Assembly (NCBI GenBank): GCA_035084275.1
Contig: CM068743.1
Location: 116,436,001-116,500,000 of the forward strand
Direction of reading: 5' to 3'
Length of the DNA: 64,000 nt
Source of the DNA: Hydrolagus colliei
Lineage: Eukaryota
How positions within the stretch are numbered: position 1 is the stretch's first letter; each line of letters starts with the position of its first letter. Below are positions 11,291 to 24,094 of this stretch, piece by piece. Under the pieces are notes generated by a model. That model saw only the letters and a program-made list of their open reading frames with translations, did no database searches and was not told the origin of the DNA. Made by a program: the position numbers and the translations under genes.

Positions 11291-14200
11291 TGACTGTAAA
11301 ACAAAGTTGCTCAATTTCCCCCCAAAGTGCTGATCTTTCCCTTTACTGTGAATAGATTAACCTCACACAAATTTGACTGGATCTCCCAAGCAATCCAGTA
11401 CAACCCATTTCTAGCGGCCAGAGAAGGGCCAAATCATAGCCGGAGGTGGGTGTCAGGGAACCTGTGACCCTGAAATGGCAGAGAGAGCGAGAGAGAGAGA
11501 TTTGTGGACAATCCCTGAATTTAAGTCGACTCAGTTCCTCCAATGAATAAGTAACAAAGATGAATACTCTATTGATAGGCAGGCCTGCAGTGTATACGTT
11601 TACCTCCTAATCACACAGACTCACAGTATTAAAGAGGTGCTGAGGTTTCCGGTTGGGATGGTGCCTGGTTGGATTTGTAGTCATAGTTACAGTTAGCAAC
11701 GCTGTGCCCCCATACATGTTTATTTACTGTTTGGATTTTTCACTTCTCTTGGCTTTTGATGCTGATACAGGAGTCAGACTTTCCGAGGCCACTGTATTCA
11801 CTGAATGTGTATGGAAGACGCTCCCTGTGGCAGCTCACAGGGAGGTGACACCATGTGTCAGTCTGACTCAATCATTAACACTTTTCCGCTTGAAGGCAAC
11901 ATCTCTTGGTGCCCTGGCCAACAGCTCTCCAGGTAATACTTCACCAGTATTTGTCGGACATTGCCGTGGGCAAACTGGCTGCGACATTTACCTATTAATA
12001 CAAAGTCACTTCACTTTGCTGTATATCCTGTGAAGTATATTGCTGTGAAGTGCTCTGAGATGTCTCCAGACATAAGGAACTGTATCAAATGCAAGGACTA
12101 TTGTATTATTGTTTCCTCAAGCTTTATTTTAACACTTAGTCATTCCAAACACATCATTTGCGCAAAGTTACCAAATCTGAGTCATCTACAATATTAGATG
12201 TCTTCTGCAACACTACAACACTAGAACTGACAATCTAGGTGAATGTTCCAACGCTCCAATGCTGGGGAAACACAACATTTGTTGGCGCTGTCTTCATCTA
12301 CAAAGGCCCTATCTGCCTGATAAAGATTTCATGGTAATATTCTAAAGAGAAGGAAATTTCTCCTCTGACCAACAACTCCCCCAAATAAAATTGGGCATTA
12401 ATTTCACAGCTGTTTGCAGGAAATTGTTGTGTTGATCAAATTATCTGCCATGTTCATTTATACCAAACATAGTCACTAAACTTCACAATATATCCTGTGA
12501 AGCACTTTGAGATGTGTTAAGAACATGCAAGGTGCTTTTTCAAATGAGAGGATTTGTTTTTCCAATTATTATTACTTCAGCCTCTGTTGTACAAGCGTGA
12601 CTGTCGAAACAATCACCTCCACGTGGCTGGTTTTTGTACATAGTGAAATAGAATCAGACGATGCACAAGATAAGAAACAGAACAAAATCGATCAATTGTA
12701 GCAATCCTTTTGAATAGTTTTACAGAGAGAGGCTCAGGAAATCATTCACTATAGTCCCATTGGCCTCGAATTAGCAAGGAATTGTAATAAGACTCAACCG
12801 AGACGGTAACAATTCACCCCACTTCGTGACACAACCAGGAAAGATTCACACTGTATGACAGATGATCACATTCTCATTTGATCGTGCAGTTATTTCAACA
12901 CGCAATGCCGTTACGAGAACAGCTTTAATGTGACAAATAGATAGTGATAAAATAAATTTTGGCTGTTCATTTAGTGACTTTTCATTTTGTTTGTGAAAAA
13001 GTCCTCAGTAATATCAATGACACATTGTACATGGCTCATTATAACATCAGCAGAAATCAATCAATTAGAAATTGCAAGGTTGATAAGTTTTCAAAGCCCA
13101 TGGTCACCATTTAAATAACTCAGGAGATGTTACATTTTGCCCCCACATATCACAGTGCATGAAGGAATATGAGCAAGAAATATCAGTGTTCATCAGCTTA
13201 AAGTCGCAGTACTGGAAATGTACTGGTTATTTATAAAAAGAATTAAAAATAAACTCCATTAATGCATATTATTCAGTCCCAAGCAACCATGAATAGTGAC
13301 ATAAACAATAACATAAAACAGCAACCTTATTGATAATATGATGTGAGAATCCAGCCAATGTAGGGCACTTGATTTATTTTGTATTGAACTTGTTAAATGT
13401 TATGAGGATCAGTATGTTACATGGGCGGTAGCAGGTGACCTCATTGACAAAATATTTGAGCAGTCTGAGATGGCCTAAACATTTGTGGTGAATGTGTGAA
13501 TTGACCTTATTAATATTTGGAAATTACTTTGCTGACTTATAGGACATTCTGGAAAGTCAGTGGGACAGGCTAGAAAGAGTCAACTCAGTGAATCTAGATG
13601 CAGTGCTGATTCAACAAGATGTCATTTTGGTTCTGCATGATTGGATGCTGATATTTCACCTTGAATAAACGTATTCATGAGCGGAAGGACCTATCACAGT
13701 TATGAATCATTCTGGGTGACTCGATGAGCACTGGATCAAATAATACATTACATGGTCAAGAAGATAATCTGCCAACACCCTGGTTTATAAGGCAATACAG
13801 GAAAGGGGACATATAGGCATAGGCATTGGAAACAATATCTATATAATCGTACACAAATTATGATTATTTGTCAATATAATTATACACAAATTCTTCTGCA
13901 TATCAGATAATACTTACTGAACTTCACAGAGTTTATATCAGAAATATGCTAGTTTCAGATGAATTCCAATAAGACTTTTCATCTCTGATAAATGTCTGAC
14001 AGGCTAGTTTGCCTTCAAATACAGTCACTACATTTCACAATACATTCTGTCAAATGCCTTGAGATGTTTTGATAACATAATATAAGATGTTATATCGATT
14101 GCAAGACTTTGTTTTCTTTCCAGTATCAGTTAATGTCGGTGAAGTTGGGACACAAGCCTTCACGTTGAGCTGTCAGTTGCTTTCAAAGTTTGCAATTGTT

Positions 14201-14486
14201 TATTTTTTTCTTTTCTTGCTTGCTAAACAATCAGGGAAGTTGCCAGAGAGTTTTCACTTATTTGTGCAATCAAAAATAATGCAGCAAGATGTCTTAAAAC
14301 CAAGTCATGGGATGGGCCAACATTTTCCAATTCAACCCTCATCTGGTAAAAACCCCACATAGATGTAGTTTCTGGCCTGCAGGCCACTTACACTGTTTGC
14401 CTAACACCAATGTGGGCGGAACGGCTTAGTACAGTGCAAGCGGCAAATTGGCCACATTCAGAGACCCCGCTGTTGTGATAATCTGT

Positions 14487-15222
14487 CTGGGGGTGTGTCT
14501 GTCTGTCTGTCTGTTTGAGTGTACCTGTCTGTGAGTGTGTGTACTAAGTCTGTCTGTGAGTGTGCCTTTCTGTGTGTCTGTGTGAGTGTCTGTCTGTCTG
14601 TGAGTATCTTTCTGTGTGTCTGTGCGATTGTGTCTGTGTGTCTTTCTGTATATGTGTCTGTCTGTGAGTGTGTGCCTTCCTGTGTGTGTCTGTCTGTATG
14701 AGTGTGTCTGTGAGTATCTTTCTGTGAGTCTGTGTGAATGTATCTGTGTGTCTTTCTGTATGTGGGTCTGCGTGTGTGTCTGTCTGTGAGTCTGTGTGAG
14801 TGTGTCTCTGTCTGTGAATGTGTCTGCATCTCCTATATGTGTGGGTATTTATGAGTGTCTCTGTGTGAATGTGCCTCTCTGTCTCTGTGAGTGCATGTCT
14901 CTTTGTGTCTATGAGTATGTATGTGTGTCTCTGAGAATGTATCTCTGTCTGTCTATGTGTATGTGTGGGTGTGTCTCTCACTGCGAGTGTGTGTCTCTCT
15001 GTGAATGTGAGTTTGTGTGTTCTGTCTGTGAGAGTATGTGCGTCTCTATCTGTGTCTGTGAGTGTGTGTTTGACTTTCTGTGCGTCCCAGTGTCTGTAAG
15101 CGTGTGTGTCTGTGTGTGCGTCTGTGAGAGTATGTGTGTCTCTGTGTGCCTGTGAATGTGTGTGTCTCTCTGTCTGTAAGTGTGTAACTCTCTTGTGTCT
15201 GTGAATGCGTGTGTCTCTGCAA
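14487..15222. repeat. Degenerate TG/TC-rich low-complexity tract
   Basis: Seen directly; source of the spurious Cys/Val and His/Thr ORFs. Confidence 0.92.
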
Positions 15223-15939
15223 TCTTTTGCAGAAATGCCCATACTTTTCTCATGGGGCTGAGAATAGCAGTGAAGCATCTCTCCCCATTCTCAAATACAC
15301 ATCATACCCTGCAGGCAGTTCAGTGTTGTACTGAAAATAACTCCAAGGATCTAAATCAGACAAGTTCAGGTGCATTTGCACATGTCTAAATTGCATACAA
15401 TTTGTATAGTCTTAGACTCAGAGTGGCTCTTTGTAAAACTGGAAATGCACATTAGTAACACATACACAGAATCCATAAGCAAAGCCTGTATCAGCCTTCA
15501 AGAGGCAACAAAACTGGACAAATGCATTAAAAAGTGCCAGCTGCCAGAATATGGGGAAAAGGGCTGGTAAATAGAACTGAAAGGATCATTTTTGAGGAAG
15601 CCGGTACAGATACAATGGACTGAATGGCTTTCCGCTGTGCCGTAAATTTGTACAGTTCTATAGTTCTATGGTGATTCTATATTCCAATACAAATCTATAT
15701 TTATATTTGATTTGGTTTGCAATAAGTCAAGGTGTGATCCACCAGCCGAATGTCCAATACTATGAACTCAGCTTCTCTATTTCACTGTTGAGAATAATAT
15801 CATGGGGACCTGTCTTGTCATTTAATGGGATAAATATTATGCAGAACTTGCTCAGTTATTAACAAGCCTTCAATGTACCGTGACTGCATTATTTTAACAC
15901 TCTCCATTGTTACCATCATTTTTATTTTTGTAGCATGGA

Positions 15940-16265
15940 GAGAGGCCCTCCATGGCCTTACCCCATCATATGTCTGCAATCTCCCCCCGCTCAGCAGGCT
16001 CCGGCCTGCTCCATGTCCTCTGACCCACCCGCCCCACTATCTGTGAGTTAGCCTTCTGCCACTCTGCCCCCAACCTATGAAATTCCATCCCGGAGAAAAT
16101 CTCTCTGCCTCACCCCTTCCCTAGCCTCCTTCAAGTCCCGCCTGAATACCTTCATCATCTTCCTTGAAATCGGTCACCCCCTTTCCCCACCCTTCCCTCC
16201 ACCCTACCCAAAACACTGACTGTCCCGATGTGAAAGGCACTATCTGAATGTAATTTTGTTGTTGT
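15940..16265 (+). mobile_element. L2 LINE 3' end
   Basis: ccgctcagcaggctccggcctgctcc...gtgaaaggcactat...ttttgttgttg, homologous to other L2 tails in the window. Confidence 0.8.
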
Positions 16266-16394
16266 AAGGTAGAGGTGCCTTTAACACTAATTTTCCTCAC
16301 ATCTCGCTGTAAGAAAACGAGTACTATATAATAACAACAACAACGTAGTTATATTGTGCCCTTTATGGATGTAATATTCTGGAGTTCTAAGAAT

Positions 16395-16812
16395 AATCTT
16401 TGCATTTAATTATAATGCCCTTTATATCAGGAGGACCTCTCAAAGTGCTGCACAGGATTTACTGTAAAGTATATTTTGGAGGTGAATACAACAGCCAATT
16501 TGCACACCGCAATTTTCCACAAACAGCCATGAAATGAATAACCGATTATATCTGAGGGATTGTTTGCCAGACCACAGGGAGAAACTCCCTTCTCTTTTCG
16601 ATTAGTGGCATGAGATCTTCAAACGTCCAGCTGACCAGGCAGCCGAACCTCAGTTTAATACCTCATCTGAAGGTTGCCATATCCAAGAAGGCACCCCTAC
16701 CCAAGGGCTGCATTAGAGTGTCAGATTATGTAAATTCAAAGTCTCAATACGGACTTGGAACTCACAAAGGTTTAGATTGGAGAAAGCTACCAACTGAGCC
16801 AGGCTGACACAT
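16395..16812 (-). mobile_element. Near full-length Deu-domain SINE (SacSINE1/AmnSINE1-like)
   Basis: Reverse of gtgtcagcctggctcagttggtagc head, Deu-like core (ggagaaactccc...gagatcttcaaacgtccagctga...ctcatctgaagg) and L2-like tail; family name from recalled consensus. Confidence 0.7.
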
Positions 16813-17959
16813 AATTGAGGTTAACGTCCAGCAAGCTGCTGACTCAGCCAAGCCTGGCCAAGACAGCACAGAGCGTTGAAGAATGACTGTGATGCTGAAC
16901 ATGTTCAGTCCTGGCTGTGTCCACTGCAGGGTGCAGTAATAGTGCTGTAAAGAAAATCATGCTTCTCCGTTAAATTGATATATAAAATCTCAAGAATGGG
17001 GCCAGTCAGGATGCCTTAAATGAGACTTTTGTGAGAACAGGAGCTTTTAAATTAACTACAGACTTTTTAAACTCTGCACTCACAAAAATCGTATTTGTGC
17101 TGCATAAACATGAGCACGTCTGATACTCTAAACTTTGATTTAGCTGAGAAATTGCTGTTATTACTTCTGGCCAGAAATAGTTTTATTTTCCCTGTTCTGG
17201 ATTTCAAATCAGCTGACTTAGATTGAGAAATCCACTTAGTCACATTTCACACAAGCTTGCTTCTGTTGTGCACAATGCAGGGATTAATTTTCAGAATAAT
17301 TTGCAGAGCAGTGGGGGAAGGAATGAAGCTGCTTTACATCACAAGATCACATGTTTGCAAGAGGGTTTGGATAAAAAAGGTCAGTCAATCCATTTGATCT
17401 CAGCCTTTCAGAATACTAAATTTTCTTAATATCTCTGTGGAAATTCACTGCCACATTTAATCACAGCACTATAGAGTAAATTCTTGAAGTGTTTTGAGAT
17501 GTTTAGACAATGTGATAAGGAACTATATCCAATGCAAGCATAATTATGATACAATACTGATATTATTATAGCTGTTTTCCTAATTCGACATCAAGTTGTT
17601 TCTTAACTTTAAAAGTCCTCATTTTTAATGGTCTTGGCTTTATGACATTCTAAAAATATAAGCATTTGAAGATTTTCAGGGATGAGACTCAATTCAGCAA
17701 TAGATTTCCTGGATAACTCCAAATGTTGTCAACAAATATTGTCAGCACATTGTCATTCCATAAGATCTGTCTTCACTTTCTGATCCTCTTTTTCTCTTCA
17801 AAAGCACCAATCCTGCAGTGAATGTAGCTTTTGTTCTGACCAATTGCATTGTCTGGATGCCATAATTAAGCAGCAAAGTACTGAAGAGTTTTTGGAAATG
17901 ACCAATAGCAAAATAAACTGAAATTCTAATCAAGATACAGAAGATTGTTAACCAAAACC

Positions 17960-18150
17960 TGGCAGCACCTTGGGACATTCTCCTGATGTGAATAAATGTA
18001 ATTTTGTTGTTGTTGTTGTTGCTGAGGGGGCAGAGGTATTGAGGGAGAGGGTTCCAGAGTTTTGGGGAGGAGCCAGTCAAGCGGAGGCACGATGTGTTGG
18101 AATGGGGAGTGAGAAGGTCGGAGAGACAGGGAGGTGCCAGATAGTGAAGA
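17960..18150. mobile_element. L2 fragments (plus-strand tail followed by minus-strand piece)
   Basis: Similarity to other L2 copies in the window. Confidence 0.6.
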
Positions 18151-18159
18151 TACGACTAG

Positions 18160-19020
18160 ATGAGGAAATAGCACCTAATATATCTAAATTCGCCTACGAT
18201 ATGAAGCTAGGTGGGAAAGTAAGCTGTGAGGATGACACAAGGGGAAATTAAGTGATTGGGCAAGAAAGCGGCTGATTGAGTATAACGTGGGGAAGTGTGA
18301 AGTTATTCACTTAGGTAGAAAAAGTAATAAAGCAGATTATTTTCTAGAGGGGATAGCCTAGATAGTGTTAGTATTCAGAAGGATTTTGTTGTCCTTGTAC
18401 AACAATCACAGAAAATTAGTATGCAGGTAGCAAGCAATTAGAAAGGCTAACAGCATGTTATCATTCATTGCAAAGGTGTTAGAATATAAGTGTAGGGAAG
18501 TTTTGCTGCAACTGTATAAGGCCTCAGTGAGACCCCAACTAGAATATTGTGTGCAGTTTTGGTCTCCTTATCTAAGAAAGGATGTACTCGCCTTAGAAGG
18601 GGTGCAACGTAGATTATTAGTTTGATTCCTGGGATGAGGAGGTTGAGTAAACTAGGCCTATATTCTCTAGAATATAGAAAAATTAGAGGTGATCTTACAG
18701 AAACCTATAAGATTCTTAAGCGCCTTTATAAGGTAGATGCTATGAGACTGTTTCCCCTGGTTGGAGAATCTAAAACTGGAGGTCATAGTCTCAGGATTAA
18801 AGGTCAGCCTTTTTAAAACTGAGTTAAGAAAACATTTCCTCAGTTAGAGGGTATATTCAAGACTGAGATCGACAGTTTTTTTTAAAAAAAAGCTAAAGGG
18901 ATATGGGGATAGGGCAGATAAATGGAATTAGGATAGAAGATCAGCCATGATCTTATTAAATGGTGAGAAAGGCTTGAGGGGCCGAATGGTCTACTCGTGT
19001 TCCTATTTCTTTTGTTCTTA
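18160..19020 (+). mobile_element. CR1 LINE 3' fragment
   Basis: Degenerate RT C-terminus (LGLYSLEYRKIRGDLTETYKIL); tail tcctatttcttttgttcttatg. Confidence 0.85.
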
Positions 19021-19049
19021 TGAAGGGATTTGAACATAAGTATGAGAAT

Positions 19050-19445
19050 ATTGAAGTTAATCCATTCGGTGATGGGGAGCCACTAGCGCCTGGCCAGAGC
19101 TGGTGAGATGTGAGTACAGAGTTTGGTGCGAGTCAGTATGTGGGCGGCAGAGTTTTTGAATGAGATGAATCTTTTCAATAGTGGACATGGGGAGACCAAC
19201 GAGCAGTACATTTCAGTAATTCAAACGGGAGGTGACAAACGCATGCACGAGGGTTTTGGCTGCATTTGAGGGTAATGTATGTTCGGGCGTTAGCAATGTG
19301 GCAGTGCTGGAAGAAGGTGGTCCTGATCAGTGATCGGATGTGGGGGAGGACGGACAGCTAGGGGTCGAACTGTAAGCCTTGGTCACACACTGGTTCAGTG
19401 AGTCTGAGGGAGAGCCCAGGGAGGTTGAAAACCAAACCTCAATTG
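19050..19445 (-). mobile_element. L2 LINE internal fragment, degraded
   Basis: Similar to the L2 copy at 10.9-11.3 kb. Confidence 0.6.
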
Positions 19446-19754
19446 GTCTGTTTTCCCCCATAATACTGCCATATTTAGCAGCAACAAAGTAACGGCCTAT
19501 GTATGTTATATCTCATTTGTTGTTAATTCTCCAATAACTATAACTTACTTTATCAAAATCACACATTTTGGGGTCCTGTGTGGAATATCACCACTTGAGA
19601 ATGAGTGTGTGTAACAAAAACAGCAGGTATAGCATGGGAGTCCAAGGGAGAAAAGATTCAATAAGTCAGATCTCAATATCTAAACATTTACTGAAATAAA
19701 TAAATGACTTCTGGGCACATCCAGGAAAGAAATTAAATAAATCTTGCCTTACAA

Positions 19755-20832
19755 ATCTGCTAGAATTTTTCAATGAGATAACGGAATGGGTGGACGAGGA
19801 TAGCACAGTTGATGTAGCTTACATGGACTTTCAAAACGCATTTGACAAAGTGCCGCATGAGAGGCTTATTAGGAAAGTAGAGGCCGATGGGGTTAAAGCG
19901 ACAGTGGCAGCATGGATCCACAACTGGCTGCAAGACAAAAAGGAGAGAGGTGTGGTGAGCTGCTGTTTTTCAGACTGGCGGGAAGTGTGCAGTGGCGTCC
20001 CTCAGAGATCGGTATTGGGACCACTGCTCTTTTTAATATGCATTAATGATCTGAACTTGGGTGTAGGGAGTACAGTTTCCAAGTTTGCAGATGATACTAA
20101 GTTAGGGAGAATAGTAAATAGTGAGGAGGATAGTAGCCATCTGCAGGAAGATATAGATAAAATGGTAAAGTGGGCAGATACATGGCAGATAAAGTTTATG
20201 CAGAGAAGTGTGAGGTGATACATTTTGGGAGAAGAAATGAGGGGAGGCAATGACTAACCTCTATAAAACTTTGGTTAGGCCTCAGCTGGAGTACTGTGTC
20301 CAATTCTGGTCACCACACTATAGAAAGGATGTTAAGGCATTGGAAAGGGTGCAAAGAAGGTTTACTAGAATGGTACCAAGATTGAGGGACTTCAGTTATG
20401 AGGAAAGGCTAGATAGGCTAGGTTTACTCTCTTTAGCACAGAGAAGGTTGAGAGGAGACCTAATAGAGGTTTATAAAATCATGAGGGGATTCGACAGGGT
20501 GAATAAGGAAAAACTGTTTCCACTGGTGGGCGAATCTGTGACTCGTGGTTACAGATTTAAAATAGTTTCAAAACAAAGCAGAGGGAAGCTGAGGAGAATT
20601 TTTTTCACTCAGCGGGTTGTTCGAATCTGGAATACATTGCCTGAAAAGGTGGTGGAGGCCGATTCAATAACAGCTTTTAAAAGATAATTAGATTTTTATT
20701 TAGGGAGAACAGGTCTGTTAGGTTATGGGGAGAACGAGGGGCAGTGGGATTGAATTGCTCTTTCCAAAGAGCCGACACAGACTAGATGGGCCAAATGGCC
20801 TCCTTTTGTGCAGTAAAATTCTATGATTCTAT
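19755..20832 (+). mobile_element. CR1 LINE, 5'-truncated, RT domain in two broken ORFs
   Basis: ORFs 19790-20218 (YMDFQNAFDKVPH, GVPQRSVLGP, SKFADDTKL) and 20250-20687; ttctatgattctat tail. Confidence 0.92.
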
Positions 20833-20851
20833 CAAATCCAATCAGTTAACA

Positions 20852-20962
20852 TACCTGCCTGCCTGCCTACCCACCCACCCACCCACCCACCCACCCACCT
20901 ACCTACCTACCTACCTACCTACCTACCTACCTACCTACCTACCTACCTACCTACCTACCTAA
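20852..20962. repeat. (CCTG)(CCCA)(CCTA)n compound microsatellite
   Basis: Seen directly. Confidence 0.92.
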
Positions 20963-21456
20963 CCCCCACACACACACATACATGGATAAATTTGATCCTG
21001 ACAGAAATAAAATAAATTACAAGTGGCCAAGTAAGGGAAATAAATATATTGAATGAGGCTTTCCCTTTTAGACCTAGTTATCATTCTGGTTCCTATTGAA
21101 CGTGTTTATTGTTCCTTTCCATTGACATTGGATTAGAAAGATGATAACTCATCTCTTAAAGCACTTCAATTATTACAACTGCTTCCATGGTCTGAGGGCT
21201 GGATGGGCAGTTTAAGGACAGACAAAAGGAAGGTTTTCCTCAGATAGATAGTAATTAATAGTTGTAACAGGTTCCCAGGAAGGCTTGTAGAGATTAGAAT
21301 ACTGAGTGCACAATCATACCAAGTTCAGCACATTGCTTTTTGCCTGTACTGATATCAAGGAACACACAATCTATGTAACTTCTGAGGATTCCCCACATCA
21401 GGAATTTGATGCTCCAAAGCTGTGTTGGGGAGCTCTGAATTTTTGGAGACCTATTA

Positions 21457-21786
21457 CAATAATAATAAATAATAATCTTTACATTTGATGTAGCGTTTTT
21501 CACATCTTATTGACATCTCAAAGCGTTTCACAGAATAGACTGTAAAATGAATTGACTGTATATTTATGGGCAAAATGCGGCAGCCAATTATGCATAGCAG
21601 TGTCCCACAAACATTTGTGGATTGAAAATTACCAAATTTTATTATTGTGGGGTGTTTTGGACGGATTATTATTAGGCATGTGGAGTAAGGAAACTTGCCC
21701 AAGGTTTCGCCCTGACCTGCCTGGATTCGAACACAGGTCTCACGCTTGTAAGGCGAGTGCTGTAACCACTGAGCTACAGAACCTCC
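21457..21786 (-). mobile_element. tRNA-headed SINE
   Basis: Reverse complement head ggaggttctgtagctcagtggttacagcactcgccttacaagcgtgagacctgtgttcgaatcc plus body and tail. Confidence 0.88.
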
Positions 21787-23084
21787 AGGAGCTTCAAACA
21801 ACACATAAAGTTAAAGTCTCATCTGCTTGTGCAGAGTTTTGGCCAATAACCTCCAAGGTAGAAATGGTCATACACTTAATGACTATTTGTGGGATATTGC
21901 TGTATGCAAATTGTCTGTTGTATTTGTCCACAATTATACAGTCACTATAATTTACAGTAAAATCCCATTAAGTGCTTTGAGATGTTTCAACAACATATAA
22001 GGTGCTATATCAAATACAAGGATTATTACTTTATTGAAGTGCTAGCAAGCAATGAGTGACTACACAAACATTATGAAAAATTGTCTAATACAGCTCAATC
22101 AAGGGAAATTCTTCCAAATTTTCATGATTTCTCTCGGTCTTCCCACGCACATTTGAAGGGTGATTCTCCTAGTGTCCTGTCAAATAATTGTCCACATTAA
22201 TTGATCATTCGTTTGGAGAACCCAACCATGCACCAAATGCTTGCTGCGTTTTCCTATAAATATAAGTCACTCTGCTTGATTACAATTAACTGTGTAGCTC
22301 TTAAAAAATGGCACTTCTGGACACTATAGGGTGAAAGTATTATTAGATTATCTTAAAATTTGAGGTATGCAAAATTCTGGAAAAGTTTTAAATTCTGCTT
22401 TCATTTGGAGAATGGGTTTCTAGAGTTCTTATGTCACACTAACCGGCAGGAATGTCACCCTTACCCGCTGTACTTTGGGTTGGTGGGAATTATAAAAGAA
22501 CTTAATAAATCTCAATAAGGAAATATAACCAATCAGACTCTAATCAATTAGATTTTATGTTGGCACTAAGGTAAAGCTTTCTTGCCGAACTTAAAGATTA
22601 AACTACAGAACCTAGAGACATGCAACAGCTGCAACCTCTCCAGTAACTGTAGTATGATCTGTTTTGTGGCTTCGGTAGCTGAAAGCTTAACAGTTGACTA
22701 AGGTTGGAATGGGGTGGGGGCAGCAATGGGGTCTGTGGGTGCCGATTGCCGGTAGTGGTTAGAGAATCAGCTCTGCATTACTTCCTAGCGAGAACCACAC
22801 TGTGTAAGAGAATTTGCTGCACAAACACTGCTGTGTCCACATCAATCCTCAAGGGGTTTCACATATCCAGGCAATTTCAGTGTGAATATAAGACACATCC
22901 CATTTGACAGGATCTCACTGTGAGCGAACAGGCAAGGAATCCATAGAGGGACAGACCTCGATTAATGCTTTCTTCATTTCCTGTAATTTTCTCTGTAGAA
23001 CCAACTGATGCTCTTTGATCATTTTGTAGACATTTTGTGTTGTATGAGTCTCTCAGATTTAAAAAAAAGCACTCACAAAAGCAT

Positions 23085-23480
23085 AATTTTTGTGACCACG
23101 GTCTTGCTCGCCCCTACCTCTCTGACCCCATAACCCCATATCAGCCTGTCCGCTCTCTCGCTCGGCAGACACCATCCTGCTTCAGGTCCCCCACACTTCT
23201 TGTCCCACCATTGGCGGTGAAGCATTCAGTATCTCTGACCCCACACTCAATCCCACCATGCCTCCACCTCAGCCTTCTCTTTCATCCTTCAAGACCTGCC
23301 CGAAGACCTTCCTCTTAGATTGTATCTTCAGTCACCCTTCCACCAACCACCCCACCCTCCTCCCCCACTCCAACCACCATTTTCCCCATCTTAAGTCAAC
23401 TCTCAGCTCGGATCCAAAGCCTGATTGTCCAGCACCCTGAGACATCTTTCCAAAGTGAAGGGCACGATAACTATCATTTG
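23085..23480 (+). mobile_element. L2 LINE 3' end
   Basis: L2 ORF2 C-terminal region and tail. Confidence 0.75.
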
Positions 23481-23679
23481 TTGTTGATCTTGTGACATGT
23501 GATGTGATCATTGTCACCAAATCCATGTTTTGTTGGTATGATGTGAAGCGTCATTTAAACTCTATATTTCTCTAGTAGAATCTCTGATGGTGGCTGCCAA
23601 AACTTTTGAGCTGAACCATTTTGCCAAAATCAAGAGGATCAGAGAAATTATGTTGTTGTTATTATTATTATTAATTCTT

Positions 23680-24020
23680 GCACTACTCCCATACCCTCCT
23701 CACCGGTCGCCCATCCTCCAACATTCACAAAATTCAGCTTACCCAAAACTCTGCTGCCCGCATTCTCACCCACACCAATCTTTGTACCCCGATTACCCCA
23801 GTCCTTGCCAAACTCCATTGGCTCCCTGTCATAGAGCATATTGACTTAACAATCCTCACTTTTGTGTTTAAATCCCTCCATTCCTCAGCATCCTTCTACC
23901 TCTCTAACCTCCTCTTTTCTCACAGCGGTACCAGCTGCCTCTGGTCTGCTGGGTCCAACCTCCTCCTTGTTCCCCGAATCTTCCGCTCCACCATCGGCGG
24001 CCGTGCTTTCAGCCACTATA
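23680..24020 (+). mobile_element. L2 LINE fragment
   Basis: ORF 23678-24091: IQLTQNSAARILT...LHWLPV...GGRAFS. Confidence 0.85.
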
Positions 24021-24094
24021 GGGTTAATGTTTTATATATAAACTTTCCTTCACTGTTAATTATTTATTTTCCTGGCTGTTTTCCAGTTTAAATA

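Noticed and set aside
14458-15278. His/Thr-rich and Cys/Val-rich ORFs
   Set aside because: Products of a TG/CA low-complexity tract.
19790-20687. Reverse-transcriptase ORFs as an active retroelement or domesticated gene
   Set aside because: 5'-truncated and broken into two frames, with no endonuclease domain; an ordinary dead CR1 copy.
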